From an uncultured Dechloromonas sp. (lineage in GTDB: Bacteria; Pseudomonadota; Gammaproteobacteria; Burkholderiales; Rhodocyclaceae): a DNA stretch of 64,000 nucleotides. A program made the position numbers and the translations under genes. The stretch spans positions 553-64,552 of the forward strand of contig CAZRYZ010000001.1 in NCBI GenBank assembly GCA_964604465.1, given 5' to 3'. Shown here in pieces: positions 9,430-22,688 of the stretch. Below the pieces are notes generated by a model. That model had not been told where the DNA came from. It ran no database searches and saw only the letters and a program-made list of their open reading frames with translations. The first letter of the stretch is position 1, and every line of letters starts with the position of its first letter.

Positions 9430-9460
9430 AAAAGCCCCGTGATGGCCTCACGGGTTTTTA
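9428..9460. terminator. Bidirectional intrinsic terminator
   Basis: A-tract, CCCGTGA-TGGCC-TCACGGG, T-tract, between convergent genes. Confidence 0.8.
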
Positions 9461-9844
9461 GTGCAGGGTTAACGAGGGATCTTGCTCGCCAGCCTGCTTC
9501 TCACTTTGCGCCTGTTCCCGAGCTACCTGGCATAAGCCACGGCGAATCCTGCGGACAAAAAACGGCATCAGAGCTAACGCCAGAATGGGCAGAACATAGG
9601 CATACTGAATCAGATAAGCTAGGAAATCATCAGTCTCTAAGGAAACCGTTGGCCTGATCTGCCAGGCGACAAGGATCACTACAACCAGAGTGACGAATTG
9701 TTCAAGCCGGTCAAATTCGACTTGCCTTGCCTTGTCCAATATCTGCCGCCACTGCGATACCGGCCACTGTTGAAGCCCCGGAAACAGATGTAACAAGACC
9801 CATTGCACCAAGGGTGATCTGGGAATCAGGCTCTGGCTGGCCAT
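9458..9844 (-). CDS. Small hypothetical membrane protein (2 TM)
   Basis: 128 aa, two hydrophobic segments; start overlaps the antiporter stop codon. Confidence 0.65.
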   Translation of the reverse strand: MASQSLIPRSPLVQWVLLHLFPGLQQWPVSQWRQILDKARQVEFDRLEQFVTLVVVILVAWQIRPTVSLETDDFLAYLIQYAYVLPILALALMPFFVRRIRRGLCQVAREQAQSEKQAGEQDPSLTLH

Positions 9845-11112
9845 TACAGAACCAGGAAGGCAAAAATAGCCACAAACGTTGGCGGGAGCGCAGCAAACAA
9901 CAAGCCCAGCGGACTCACCGACTCATCATCAAAGCTTGATTTGAGAATGGCCACGCCTGCCGGATTGGGCGCATTGGCAATAATGGTCAAGCCGCCGCCT
10001 GTCACCGCACCGGCAACAATGGCATATTTAAATTCGGCCGACACCCCTTCAACCAGCGAAGCCAGGTAGGTCAGTGCAGCATTGTCGGTAATGGCGGTCA
10101 GCGCAGTGGCCAGAAAATAGAGCACCGTGGGCTCGACACCCGTAAGCGCGCTTTGCAGCCACCACTGCTGCAACCCACCCAGCACAACCAGACCGGCCAG
10201 GAAAAAGGCAACCAGCAGACCCTCGCGCAGAATCAACCGGTCCTGGTACTGCTTGTAAGCCTCTGTGTAACCGAGGAAGAATAAAAAGAGCCCCATGAAT
10301 ACTGCTGCATGATGGGCAAATAGGACCACACCCACGAGGAAAAGCAGATGTATCCCGATAACGGTGTAAGGCATCCTATGCGCATCGGATGCGGGCTCTG
10401 ATTTTCCTTTGGCCGCGACTTCCTTACGGAAAAACCAGGTCAGAACCGCGGCATTGAAGAACACCGCTGAGGCTGCCTTCCAGCCAAAGTGCGACAGCAT
10501 GAACAGGGAATTCCACTCCCATTTGGCGGCCACCATTAGCACCGGCGGCGCGGCAAAGTTGGTCAGGGTTCCCCCAATCGAGATGTTCACAAAAAGGAGA
10601 CCAATCGTGGCGTACTTGAGACGCTTCGACAGGTGGTGCTGGAAATAGCCATCTCGCAGCATGAGGGCTGCCAGAGTCATCGCCGCTGGCTCGGTAATCA
10701 ACGACCCGAGAAGAGGCACCACAGAAAGACATAGAAAATAGACTCCGACTGATCTTTGAATCGGAATCAGCGAGGCAATATAGCGAATCAGACTCATCAC
10801 CACATTGAGAATCGGTTTGCTGGCGGCAATCACCATAATCACAAACACGAACATCGGCTCGGTAAAGTTTCGTGACTCAAGATAGCTGACGGTCGCAGTC
10901 TGACCTGAAAGCCAAAAGAGTATGGCGATCAGAACAAAAGCCCAGAATCCGAAAACCACTTCGACTTCACCCAGGAGGTGCCATAGCCCCGCATGTTTAG
11001 GCTGCACATGCGCAAGGTGAGCAAATATCTTTGTCGAGAATGTATGCAGAACCGCAATAAAGAAGATGGCGGCGGCGATAATTTCCGGAGTTGTGGTAGC
11101 GGCGTTGAGCAT
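9844..11112 (-). CDS. Putative Na+/H+ antiporter (DUF1504 family)
   Basis: HLLGEVEVVFGFW, ITEPAAMT, NISIGGTLT.FAAPP, TDNAA, GGGLTIIANAPNPAG. Confidence 0.85.
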   Translation of the reverse strand: MLNAATTTPEIIAAAIFFIAVLHTFSTKIFAHLAHVQPKHAGLWHLLGEVEVVFGFWAFVLIAILFWLSGQTATVSYLESRNFTEPMFVFVIMVIAASKPILNVVMSLIRYIASLIPIQRSVGVYFLCLSVVPLLGSLITEPAAMTLAALMLRDGYFQHHLSKRLKYATIGLLFVNISIGGTLTNFAAPPVLMVAAKWEWNSLFMLSHFGWKAASAVFFNAAVLTWFFRKEVAAKGKSEPASDAHRMPYTVIGIHLLFLVGVVLFAHHAAVFMGLFLFFLGYTEAYKQYQDRLILREGLLVAFFLAGLVVLGGLQQWWLQSALTGVEPTVLYFLATALTAITDNAALTYLASLVEGVSAEFKYAIVAGAVTGGGLTIIANAPNPAGVAILKSSFDDESVSPLGLLFAALPPTFVAIFAFLVL

Positions 11113-11370
11113 GTTATCGATCGATTAAATGACCCGATCGACTATAGCCATACCCTTCCAGCAACATAATTCGGGAGGCACGTATGCGGTTTACGTAAGT
11201 GTTTCACTTATTACTTCAATACGTCGCTTAAGTTAGAGTTAACAAATTATTGATATACATCTCCTACCTGCACATCCGCCCTCAGGTGCCTCGCTCCATG
11301 GCATGCCGTAGGAACACCTCATCCGGGGGAAAGCTACAACTCGGATAGGGAGTTTCGGGTTAACAATTTT

Positions 11371-12933
11371 TTGAACAACTTTTTATCTAGCCTCGCCTTT
11401 GCTCTTCTTTATATTGCGCTTGACGCAGCGAGCTTTATTCGTCCGCTCCATGGGCTAAACATTACCCCCTGGAATCCTGCACCGGCATTGGGTCTTGTTT
11501 ACCTATTCCGCAAGGGCCGCGAGGGTTGGCTCGTTGTTCTGGCCACGGTGCTGTTGAGTGAGCTCCTTATCCGGGGCGTGCCGCAAACATGGTGGAGCAC
11601 CGTCGCATCTGCCAGCATTCTTGGACTGGGATATATCCTGCTCGGAGAGATTTTGCGCCAGCGAATTCCGCTGACGCATCTCATTGGCGAAGGGAACTCA
11701 TTGGCAGCCTGGGTAATGCCGATTGCAATTGGCACCCTCTTGCTCAGTCTTACTTACATCACCAGCCTTTACCTCTTCAATCTACTGCCTCCCGATGGCT
11801 GGCAAATGGCTGTCTTGCAATTCTGGGTCGGAGATGGTGTCGGAATTGTCGTGGCGCTTCCGTTATTTTTGTGGCTCTCTAGCGTTCGTGGGCGGCAACT
11901 GCTGGCTACTGCCTTATTGCGTTGGGAAACACTTGGCTACACCATCCTTAGTCTCATCGCGATCTATCTTTCTTTCGACATCGGCATCGACAGCGGATTC
12001 AAACCGTTCTATCTACTTTTCCTGCCAATTATCTGGGCGGCAGCTCGCCAGGGGATGTCGGGGGCCATTATTTCGGCAACCCTACTCCAGCTCGAACTGA
12101 TCATCGCCATGCAAACCCTGGGACATGCAGAGATTTCCTTACCCGAGTTACAAATGCTATCTCTGGTCATGGCGCTGATCGGGTTCTTTATAGGCGGCGT
12201 TGTCGATGAGCAGCGACGAACCAGCGAAGAGCTTCGCCAGTCCTTGAGAATGGCTGCGGCAGGGGAAATGGCTGGTGCATTAGCCCATGAGCTTAATCAG
12301 CCTCTGACCGCCCTATCGGCATATGCGGCTGCTTGTGAAATACTGATCAACCGCGGTGAACGTGGCGAACTTCTTGATCAGGCACTGCGAGGAATGGCAC
12401 TTGAGTCCGCCCGGAGTGGGCAAGTGGTTCGTCGACTCAGAGACTTTTTCAGAACGGGGGACACGAAGCTTGAGTCCGTGACGCTGAAAGAGATCATCTG
12501 CCCGGTTGTGAGTCAGTATCAGGAGAAGGGCCAGCAGAATAATATTCGGTTGGAAGTAGGTACCCTGCCTGCGCTCAAGCTGCTGGTTGACCGATTACAG
12601 ATTCAGGTGGTTTTACGAAACTTGCTGGCAAATGCTTTCGAAGCCGTGAGTGATCTTACACAGCCAAGCCGTTTGGTGACAGTTCGATGCAAAACCCTTT
12701 CGGATGCTCAAGTAGCGATCACGGTTCAAGACAATGGTCCGGGGCTGTCAAAGCATGCAGCCGAGTCTCTTTTCAAACCCTTTCATTCAACCAAGTCCAG
12801 TGGGTTAGGTCTGGGGCTTGTCATCAGCCGTGCCATCGCCGAAACCCACGGTGGCAGCCTTGCCGGCATCGTTGCCGACCACGGCATGTTTACGCTTATT
12901 CTGCCGACGCATGAGAACAAAAACCATGTCTGA
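11371..12933 (+). CDS. MASE1-domain sensor histidine kinase (FixL-like kinase core)
   Basis: About nine TMs with W.GD..G MASE1 motif; H-box AHELNQPL, N-box, DNGPG, GLGLGL. TTG start; no in-frame ATG back to the stop at 11251. Confidence 0.88.
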   Translation: MNNFLSSLAFALLYIALDAASFIRPLHGLNITPWNPAPALGLVYLFRKGREGWLVVLATVLLSELLIRGVPQTWWSTVASASILGLGYILLGEILRQRIPLTHLIGEGNSLAAWVMPIAIGTLLLSLTYITSLYLFNLLPPDGWQMAVLQFWVGDGVGIVVALPLFLWLSSVRGRQLLATALLRWETLGYTILSLIAIYLSFDIGIDSGFKPFYLLFLPIIWAAARQGMSGAIISATLLQLELIIAMQTLGHAEISLPELQMLSLVMALIGFFIGGVVDEQRRTSEELRQSLRMAAAGEMAGALAHELNQPLTALSAYAAACEILINRGERGELLDQALRGMALESARSGQVVRRLRDFFRTGDTKLESVTLKEIICPVVSQYQEKGQQNNIRLEVGTLPALKLLVDRLQIQVVLRNLLANAFEAVSDLTQPSRLVTVRCKTLSDAQVAITVQDNGPGLSKHAAESLFKPFHSTKSSGLGLGLVISRAIAETHGGSLAGIVADHGMFTLILPTHENKNHV

Positions 12934-13531
12934 AATGAACCTATTTATTGTGGATGACGATCCTGCCATTCGCGATTCGCTCAGCCTGCTTCTGGGCATC
13001 CAGAACTACCGGGTTGCCGTTTTTAGCGATGCCACGAGCTTTCTCAAGGCCTACCGCAAGGATTGGAAAGGCTGCGTCCTTCTTGACATCCGCATGCCAG
13101 GTACTGATGGTCTTGCATTACAGCAGAAACTGACAGAGATGGGCAGCCCATTGGTCGTTATCATCATGACCGGGCATGGCGATGTTGCCTCGGCACGCAC
13201 CGCATTCCGGGCACATGCCGTCGATTTTCTTGAAAAACCGCTTGATAACAGGAAGCTGATGTCAGCTATCAGCGATGCCTTTACCCGACTCCACTTTCAA
13301 AAAGATGCCAGTGAGCAGAAAGACGAACTGGATCGCTTGCTAGCTTCGCTCACTCCTCGCGAACGGGAAGTCAAAGACCGAGTTGTTGCCGGCCTGCACA
13401 ACCGGGAAATTGCTGCCGAGCTGGGTATCAGTCCACGAACTGTTGAGGTTCACAAGGCGAGAATGATGGACAAAATGGGGGTTGGCAATGTCGCTGATCT
13501 GGTTCGGTTGACCCTCAAACAATCCGCATAA
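12926..13531 (+). CDS. FixJ/LuxR-family response regulator
   Basis: IVDDD, LDIRMPG, TGHGD, FLEKP, LTPRE...ISPRTVEVHKAR. ATG 12926 overlaps the kinase end. Confidence 0.93.
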   Translation: MSEMNLFIVDDDPAIRDSLSLLLGIQNYRVAVFSDATSFLKAYRKDWKGCVLLDIRMPGTDGLALQQKLTEMGSPLVVIIMTGHGDVASARTAFRAHAVDFLEKPLDNRKLMSAISDAFTRLHFQKDASEQKDELDRLLASLTPREREVKDRVVAGLHNREIAAELGISPRTVEVHKARMMDKMGVGNVADLVRLTLKQSA

Positions 13532-13593
13532 TTCTTTAACCAATCCTGCTAAACCCAGTGCACGGTTGAGGATGTTGGCAAAATTCAAGACGT

Positions 13594-13617
13594 AAAAAAA
13601 GCGCCTGCGGGCACTCA
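13594..13617 (-). terminator. Intrinsic terminator downstream of tRNA-Ser
   Basis: Minus strand GAGTGCC-CGCA-GGCGCTT followed by a T-run. Confidence 0.7.
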
Positions 13618-13636
13618 TTTAAAGGCGTTTGCTATG

Positions 13637-13724
<88 letters not shown>

Positions 13725-13798
13725 GAACCGTGAATTATAGCACGTGAGAGTTGCTTTCCAAGCTGTTGACCTAATTTTGATCATGGTAGAGTGAGCCG

Positions 13799-15400
13799 GT
13801 GAAACCTGATCATCACCACCCCGACCCCAATGACCCGGATGCCAATTCGGGGTGGAAGCAGTTTTCGCGCCGACATCCGGGATTAACCCATCCGCATGAA
13901 CCCGAGTCGGAACGGCAGGATCCGAAAAGCCGGCGTAGCCGGTGGCTATTGATGGCTGTGGTGGGAATCGGGCTCCTTCTGGGCTTGATCAAGATGATAA
14001 TGCCGGGGCTCAAGCCTCTGGCCATTTCTTCTGAGCTGGTGGTTGGCACCCGTGAAACCCCAACCAGCTACATGCGAGATAAGGTGCCCAACAAAGACGG
14101 TGTCGTCGAGACTCTGATCAAGGGTTTTGACCATGATCTTGTCCAGGCATTTGCCAAGTCACAGGGCAAAACTGTTCGCTTTGTGGTGGCAGAAAACGAG
14201 GCGGCACTGGAACGTTTGCTTGATAAGGGCGAGGTCCATATGGCTGCAGCGTGGTTGAATCGCCGATTTGTTGAGGCGCCGGGTAGCACCTCGGGCTTCA
14301 GGATTTCTCGCCCTTACGACCAGAGTGAACTGGTGGTCGTGCAGTCAGACCAGAGTCTGCCGCTACAGGATGAAAAAGCGTTGCATGCGAAGAAGGTACA
14401 TGCCATGCCCGCGTCTAGCCATCAGGTGTGGATTCAGCGGCTGAACAAGAAATATATCTGGCCGGAGCTGTTGATCGAAAAGAACCGGAATGAATTCGAG
14501 CTTCTAGAAGCCGTTTCGAATGGCGAGATTGAATATGTGGTGTTGCCCAAGTCCGTCTATCAGATCGGCCTGAACTACTACAGCGGCCTCGACAGTTCGT
14601 TGACGATCGGCCGTGAAGAGCCCGTGTTCTGGGTCTTCCCCAAACGGGCGAGCGACGTGTTGATTCAGGCAGCTAACCAGTTCATCGGTCAGGCAGAGAA
14701 TAACGGCACCCTGCGCCAGTTACGCGACCGTTATTTTGGTGCAGTCAGTCGCCTGCAGGCGGCCGACCGGAGCGTCTTCCTGGCCCGCATCAAGAGCCAT
14801 CTGCCGCTCTATCTCGCACAGTTCAAACGTGCCCAGATCACAAGTGGATACGATTGGCGCCTGTTGGCAGCGCTGGCTTATCAGGAGTCCAAATGGGATT
14901 CGTCGGCCGTGAGCAAGACTGGGGTGCGCGGTCTGATGATGCTGACGGCAGATACGGCGGACCGGCTTGGCGTTAGAAATCGCCTTGACCCGTATGAGAG
15001 CATCATGGGGGGTGCCAAGTACATGGATATGCTGCGCGATGATCTGCCGGCATCGGTCCCAGAACCGGATCGGACCTGGATGGCAATCGCCTCGTATAAT
15101 GTTGGGCCCGGATCGATCAAGGCCGCTCGAAAACAGGCGCAGGCGATGGGGCTGAACCCAAACTCTTGGGCCGACATGAAAAAGGCTCTCCCCTTATTGG
15201 GCGAAACCCCAAGTGGTGTAAAGATCCGGGGAGGCGAAGCCGTGGTGACCGCCGAGAACGTGCGCATGTATTACGCGATTCTCTCGCGCCTTTACCCGGC
15301 CAGTTCAGGATTTTCCTTAACCGCACCAGCTACGCGTACCTATGATGTTAGTACGCCGGCCAAGGGAGGAGGTTCAGGTTCGGGCTCAGGTCTACGCTAG
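13799..15400 (+). CDS. mltF: Membrane-bound lytic murein transglycosylase F
   Basis: ABC substrate-binding-like domain plus SLT domain (DWRLLAALAYQESKW, GLMML, SYNVG). Start uncertain. Confidence 0.88.
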   Translation: MKPDHHHPDPNDPDANSGWKQFSRRHPGLTHPHEPESERQDPKSRRSRWLLMAVVGIGLLLGLIKMIMPGLKPLAISSELVVGTRETPTSYMRDKVPNKDGVVETLIKGFDHDLVQAFAKSQGKTVRFVVAENEAALERLLDKGEVHMAAAWLNRRFVEAPGSTSGFRISRPYDQSELVVVQSDQSLPLQDEKALHAKKVHAMPASSHQVWIQRLNKKYIWPELLIEKNRNEFELLEAVSNGEIEYVVLPKSVYQIGLNYYSGLDSSLTIGREEPVFWVFPKRASDVLIQAANQFIGQAENNGTLRQLRDRYFGAVSRLQAADRSVFLARIKSHLPLYLAQFKRAQITSGYDWRLLAALAYQESKWDSSAVSKTGVRGLMMLTADTADRLGVRNRLDPYESIMGGAKYMDMLRDDLPASVPEPDRTWMAIASYNVGPGSIKAARKQAQAMGLNPNSWADMKKALPLLGETPSGVKIRGGEAVVTAENVRMYYAILSRLYPASSGFSLTAPATRTYDVSTPAKGGGSGSGSGLR

Positions 15401-15416
15401 ACCGATCGGCTCTAGG

Positions 15417-18027
<2,611 letters not shown>

Positions 18028-18029
18028 GC

Positions 18030-18674
18030 TTACTGCTTCAGAACATCCACGCCCGATGGTGGGCTGAAGCGAAACAGACTGGCTGGCGTATCCGCATTGC
18101 GCACCACGTTGCCAAACACCAGTGTCGTCACCTGACCAAAGCTGTCTTCCAGAATCATGCCCTTGAGGTCGTTACCGGCCAGACCAATGCGGATCCGTGT
18201 GAATCCGGTGTCATTCTGTTTGGGCTCGGCAATCACCCAGGCCACCCCATCGCGTTCGGCATCGGCTTTCAGTACAAAGCGCTGATCCACGTCGTTATCG
18301 CCCGCCAGCAATGCGGCCGGTGACCCACCGAGGGCTTTATCCGACTTACGCATGATGACCTGCTTGAGCTCCGGGTCATACAGCCAGATATGGCTGCCGT
18401 CGCCGACCATGAGTTGTGTATAGGGTTTGGTAATGGACCAGCGGAATTTACCCGGGCGGCTGATGGCCATGGTGCCCTGACTCTTCCCTCCGAACGCCGC
18501 CCCACCGGTACTACTCTGGTTGAAGTCTGCCTTGAGGGTGCGGGTGTCCCTAAGCCAGGTTTTAAGCTCGCTCACCGGGTCGGCGTAGGCCGGCAAAGAG
18601 AGCCCCAGAATGCCCGCCAGCAGCAGGCTGCCCAGAACCGGTCTGATTTGTAGGATGCGCATCAGATTATTCAT
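18030..18674 (-). CDS. lolA: Outer-membrane lipoprotein carrier
   Basis: RPGKFRW, WLYDPEL.QV, FRFSPP.GVDV; ftsK-lolA-rarA-serS synteny. Start moved to ATG 18674. Confidence 0.93.
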   Translation of the reverse strand: MNNLMRILQIRPVLGSLLLAGILGLSLPAYADPVSELKTWLRDTRTLKADFNQSSTGGAAFGGKSQGTMAISRPGKFRWSITKPYTQLMVGDGSHIWLYDPELKQVIMRKSDKALGGSPAALLAGDNDVDQRFVLKADAERDGVAWVIAEPKQNDTGFTRIRIGLAGNDLKGMILEDSFGQVTTLVFGNVVRNADTPASLFRFSPPSGVDVLKQ

Positions 18675-20994
18675 CGGTACCACGGCTGGGGGCGAGGACC
18701 TCACGACCCCCACGGCCATCCATGGCCGAAACCAGACCGGCTTTTTCCATGGCCTCGATAAGGCGTGCCGAGCGGTTATAGCCGATACGCAGATGGCGCT
18801 GCACCAGCGAGATCGAAGCGCGCCGGTTTTTCAGCACAATTTCAACGGCCTGGTCGTACAGCGGATCGGCTTCGGCATCACTGTCACTGCCCTCGCCGCC
18901 TTCACCTTCGCCCTCGACAGCGCCCGTCAGAATGCCTTCTTCATATTCCGGGGCACCCATCTGCTTGAGGTAATCAACCACGCGATGCACTTCATCATCG
19001 GCCACAAAAGCGCCATGCACGCGTTGCGGGTAACCGGTACCCGGCGGCAGGTAGAGCATATCGCCCTGGCCGAGCAGCGCTTCGGCGCCCATCTGATCAA
19101 GAATGGTGCGTGAGTCAATCTTGCTCGAGACCTGAAAGGCAATGCGTGTCGGGATATTGGCCTTGATGAGGCCGGTGATGACATCCACACTGGGCCGCTG
19201 CGTGGCCAGAATCAGATGAATACCGGCAGCGCGGGCCTTCTGAGCCAGACGGGCGATGAGCTCTTCCACTTTCTTGCCAGCCACCATCATCAGATCGGCC
19301 AGCTCGTCAATGACAACAACGATATGCGGCATGCTGCGCAGGGGCTCGGGGCTTTCCGGGGTGAGCGTCAACGGGTTCGGGATCGGCTCGCCTTTTTCGG
19401 CAGCCGCCTGAATATGCTCGTTGGCACTGGCCAGGTTACGCACGCCCAGCTTGGACATGATCTTGTAACGGCGCTCCATCTCGGCCACACACCAGGTGAG
19501 CGCGTTGGCGGCCTGACGCATGTCGGTCACCACCGGTGCCAGCAGATGCGGGATACCCTCATAGATCGACAGCTCCAGCATCTTGGGGTCGACCAGGATG
19601 AGGCGTACGGCATCCGGTTCAGCTTTGTAGAGCATCGACAGAATCATGGCGTTCACGCCTACAGACTTACCGGAGCCCGTGGTACCGGCGACCAGCAGGT
19701 GGGGCATCTTAGCCAAATCCGCCACGATCGGTAGCCCACCGATGTCCTTACCCAGGGCCACCGTTAGCGGTGAGCTCATGTTGTGATACGGCCGCGATGA
19801 CAGGATCTCCGAGAGTCGAACCGTCTGTCGTTTCGGGTTCGGCAGTTCCAGAGCCATGCAGGATTTGCCGGGCACGGTCTCCACCACGCGGACCGAAACC
19901 AGTGCGAGAGCCCGTGCCAGATCGCGTGCCAGATTAACGATCTGCGAACCTTTCACGCCCACCGCTGGTTCGATCTCGTAACGGGTAATGACCGGACCTG
20001 GATAGGCGGCGATGACTTTGACCTCAACACCAAAATCTCCCAGACGGGTTTCGATCAACCGCGAGGTGAACTGCAGCGTTTCCTCCGTGGGCATATCGGT
20101 CGGCGGTTGGGCCTCGTCGAGTAGGCCGAGTGGGGGCAGCGTGCCGCCGACCACCGCTTCAGGAAACAGAGGTACCTGCTTTTCACGCTCTTTGCGTTGC
20201 GCGGCCTTGCGCGATACTGGCGCGACGGGGGGAGCCGCTGGTTCGATCAGCACCGGTTCCACCGGTTCGGCCCGCTTGAGTTCGACCTTGGCCTCGCGTT
20301 GCTGGGCGACTTCCTTGCCAATCCGGCGATCGCGCCAGCTCTCGACGGCTTTGCCGCTTCCGCCAACAGCGCCTTCCAGAAACGCACCCGTGCGCTCAAA
20401 AAATGTCATCCAGGGCAGCCCCGTAAACCAACGCCAGCTAACCAGCAAGAGCGCACCCACAATGAGTGTCGCACCGGTAAAACCGAATAGCTCTCCCAGA
20501 AGCGTACCCAGCCCCTCGCCAATGACGCCGCCGGGCCCCATGGGCAAGTCACCACCGCTCGTATGAAAGCGGAGCGCGGCAAAGGCAGACAAAGACAGCA
20601 AAAAGGCCAGGAAGCCACTCAGCGTCAACCACAGTGAGCGCTGCTCAACCTCGATGGACTCTCGCAACGCCCGTTGTCGGGCACCCCAACCGAGCAGGAT
20701 TAGCACTAGCGGCAGCAAGGCCCAGAGCCACGCAGCACCACCGAACAGATAAAACAGCAGATCAGCCGTCCAGGCGCCGAAGCGCCCCATCGGATTGCCC
20801 AACTGCAATCCGCGACCGGCATGAGACCAGGCCGGATCTGCAGGGTGATAGCCCCCGAGGGCCAATGCGACCACTAGGGCAACAAAGCCGAGTAATGCCC
20901 AGCGCGCCTCCAGCATGAGGGCGCGAATGCGCTCAGGCAGGGTGCGGGGGCCTTCAATACGTTGTGTCAGGGGTCGGGAAAACGGTCGATTCAT
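18667..20994 (-). CDS. ftsK: DNA translocase FtsK
   Basis: 4-TM N-terminus, [17 protein letters not shown], gamma domain [10 protein letters not shown]. Confidence 0.97.
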   Translation of the reverse strand: MNRPFSRPLTQRIEGPRTLPERIRALMLEARWALLGFVALVVALALGGYHPADPAWSHAGRGLQLGNPMGRFGAWTADLLFYLFGGAAWLWALLPLVLILLGWGARQRALRESIEVEQRSLWLTLSGFLAFLLSLSAFAALRFHTSGGDLPMGPGGVIGEGLGTLLGELFGFTGATLIVGALLLVSWRWFTGLPWMTFFERTGAFLEGAVGGSGKAVESWRDRRIGKEVAQQREAKVELKRAEPVEPVLIEPAAPPVAPVSRKAAQRKEREKQVPLFPEAVVGGTLPPLGLLDEAQPPTDMPTEETLQFTSRLIETRLGDFGVEVKVIAAYPGPVITRYEIEPAVGVKGSQIVNLARDLARALALVSVRVVETVPGKSCMALELPNPKRQTVRLSEILSSRPYHNMSSPLTVALGKDIGGLPIVADLAKMPHLLVAGTTGSGKSVGVNAMILSMLYKAEPDAVRLILVDPKMLELSIYEGIPHLLAPVVTDMRQAANALTWCVAEMERRYKIMSKLGVRNLASANEHIQAAAEKGEPIPNPLTLTPESPEPLRSMPHIVVVIDELADLMMVAGKKVEELIARLAQKARAAGIHLILATQRPSVDVITGLIKANIPTRIAFQVSSKIDSRTILDQMGAEALLGQGDMLYLPPGTGYPQRVHGAFVADDEVHRVVDYLKQMGAPEYEEGILTGAVEGEGEGGEGSDSDAEADPLYDQAVEIVLKNRRASISLVQRHLRIGYNRSARLIEAMEKAGLVSAMDGRGGREVLAPSRGTDE

Positions 20995-21029
20995 GGAAAC
21001 AGGCTTCTAGACGGCCGGAGGGGCAGCTT

Positions 21030-21043
21030 GGGATTATAATCCC
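21030..21043. promoter_or_regulatory. Palindromic bidirectional -10 element between ftsK and trxB
   Basis: GGGATTATAATCCC is a perfect palindrome carrying TATAAT on both strands. Confidence 0.6.
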
Positions 21044-21055
21044 TCAGGTTAATGA

Positions 21056-22096
<1,041 letters not shown>

Positions 22097-22147
22097 CCCG
22101 GTTACGATGATTGCCGCGGCTTCAGACCGCGGACTTATTTTTGCACG

Positions 22148-22687
22148 ATGAATGCTCCCCAGGCTCTTCGCTCGCGGCGCCGCCTTGCGGTCATGGTCGG
22201 CATCCTGGCCATCTCGATTCTGCTCGCCCAGCTCTACAAAGACCGGGTTATGGCGCTCGTCGGGGGACATCCGGAACTCACCCGAATTACGCCACCCCCA
22301 TGCGATTTGAATCGCGCTGCGTGCCCGCTGCCAATTATTACGCCGATCCTGTCGGAGGCGCCTTGGTTCTTTGCCATCACACCGCGCCCCATTCCCGTCA
22401 GTGCGCCGCTGTTGTTCACCCTGACACCCCCCCAACAGATTCTGAGCACTAACCAGGTCCGTGCCGCCTGGGTCGAGCTGACCGGCGACAGTATGGATAT
22501 GGGGCTCATCCGGGTGCCGCTGGTACCCGAAGCTGATGGCCGCTGGTCTGGGCAAGGCAGCATCCCGATCTGCGTGACCGGCAAGATGCGCTGGCGTGCC
22601 CGCCTTTACCTGCAGCTCGTCAACACGACCGTTGAGGCCGACTGGCTGTTCGACGCCCCCGTTGATCCTGTTCACCGAGCCAATTGA
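22148..22687 (+). CDS. Membrane-anchored periplasmic hypothetical protein (Cys pair, MDMG motif)
   Basis: N-terminal TM, CDLNRAAC, GDSMDMG, PICVTG.M.W; fills the trxB-xth gap. Confidence 0.7.
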   Translation: MNAPQALRSRRRLAVMVGILAISILLAQLYKDRVMALVGGHPELTRITPPPCDLNRAACPLPIITPILSEAPWFFAITPRPIPVSAPLLFTLTPPQQILSTNQVRAAWVELTGDSMDMGLIRVPLVPEADGRWSGQGSIPICVTGKMRWRARLYLQLVNTTVEADWLFDAPVDPVHRAN

Positions 22688-22688
22688 T

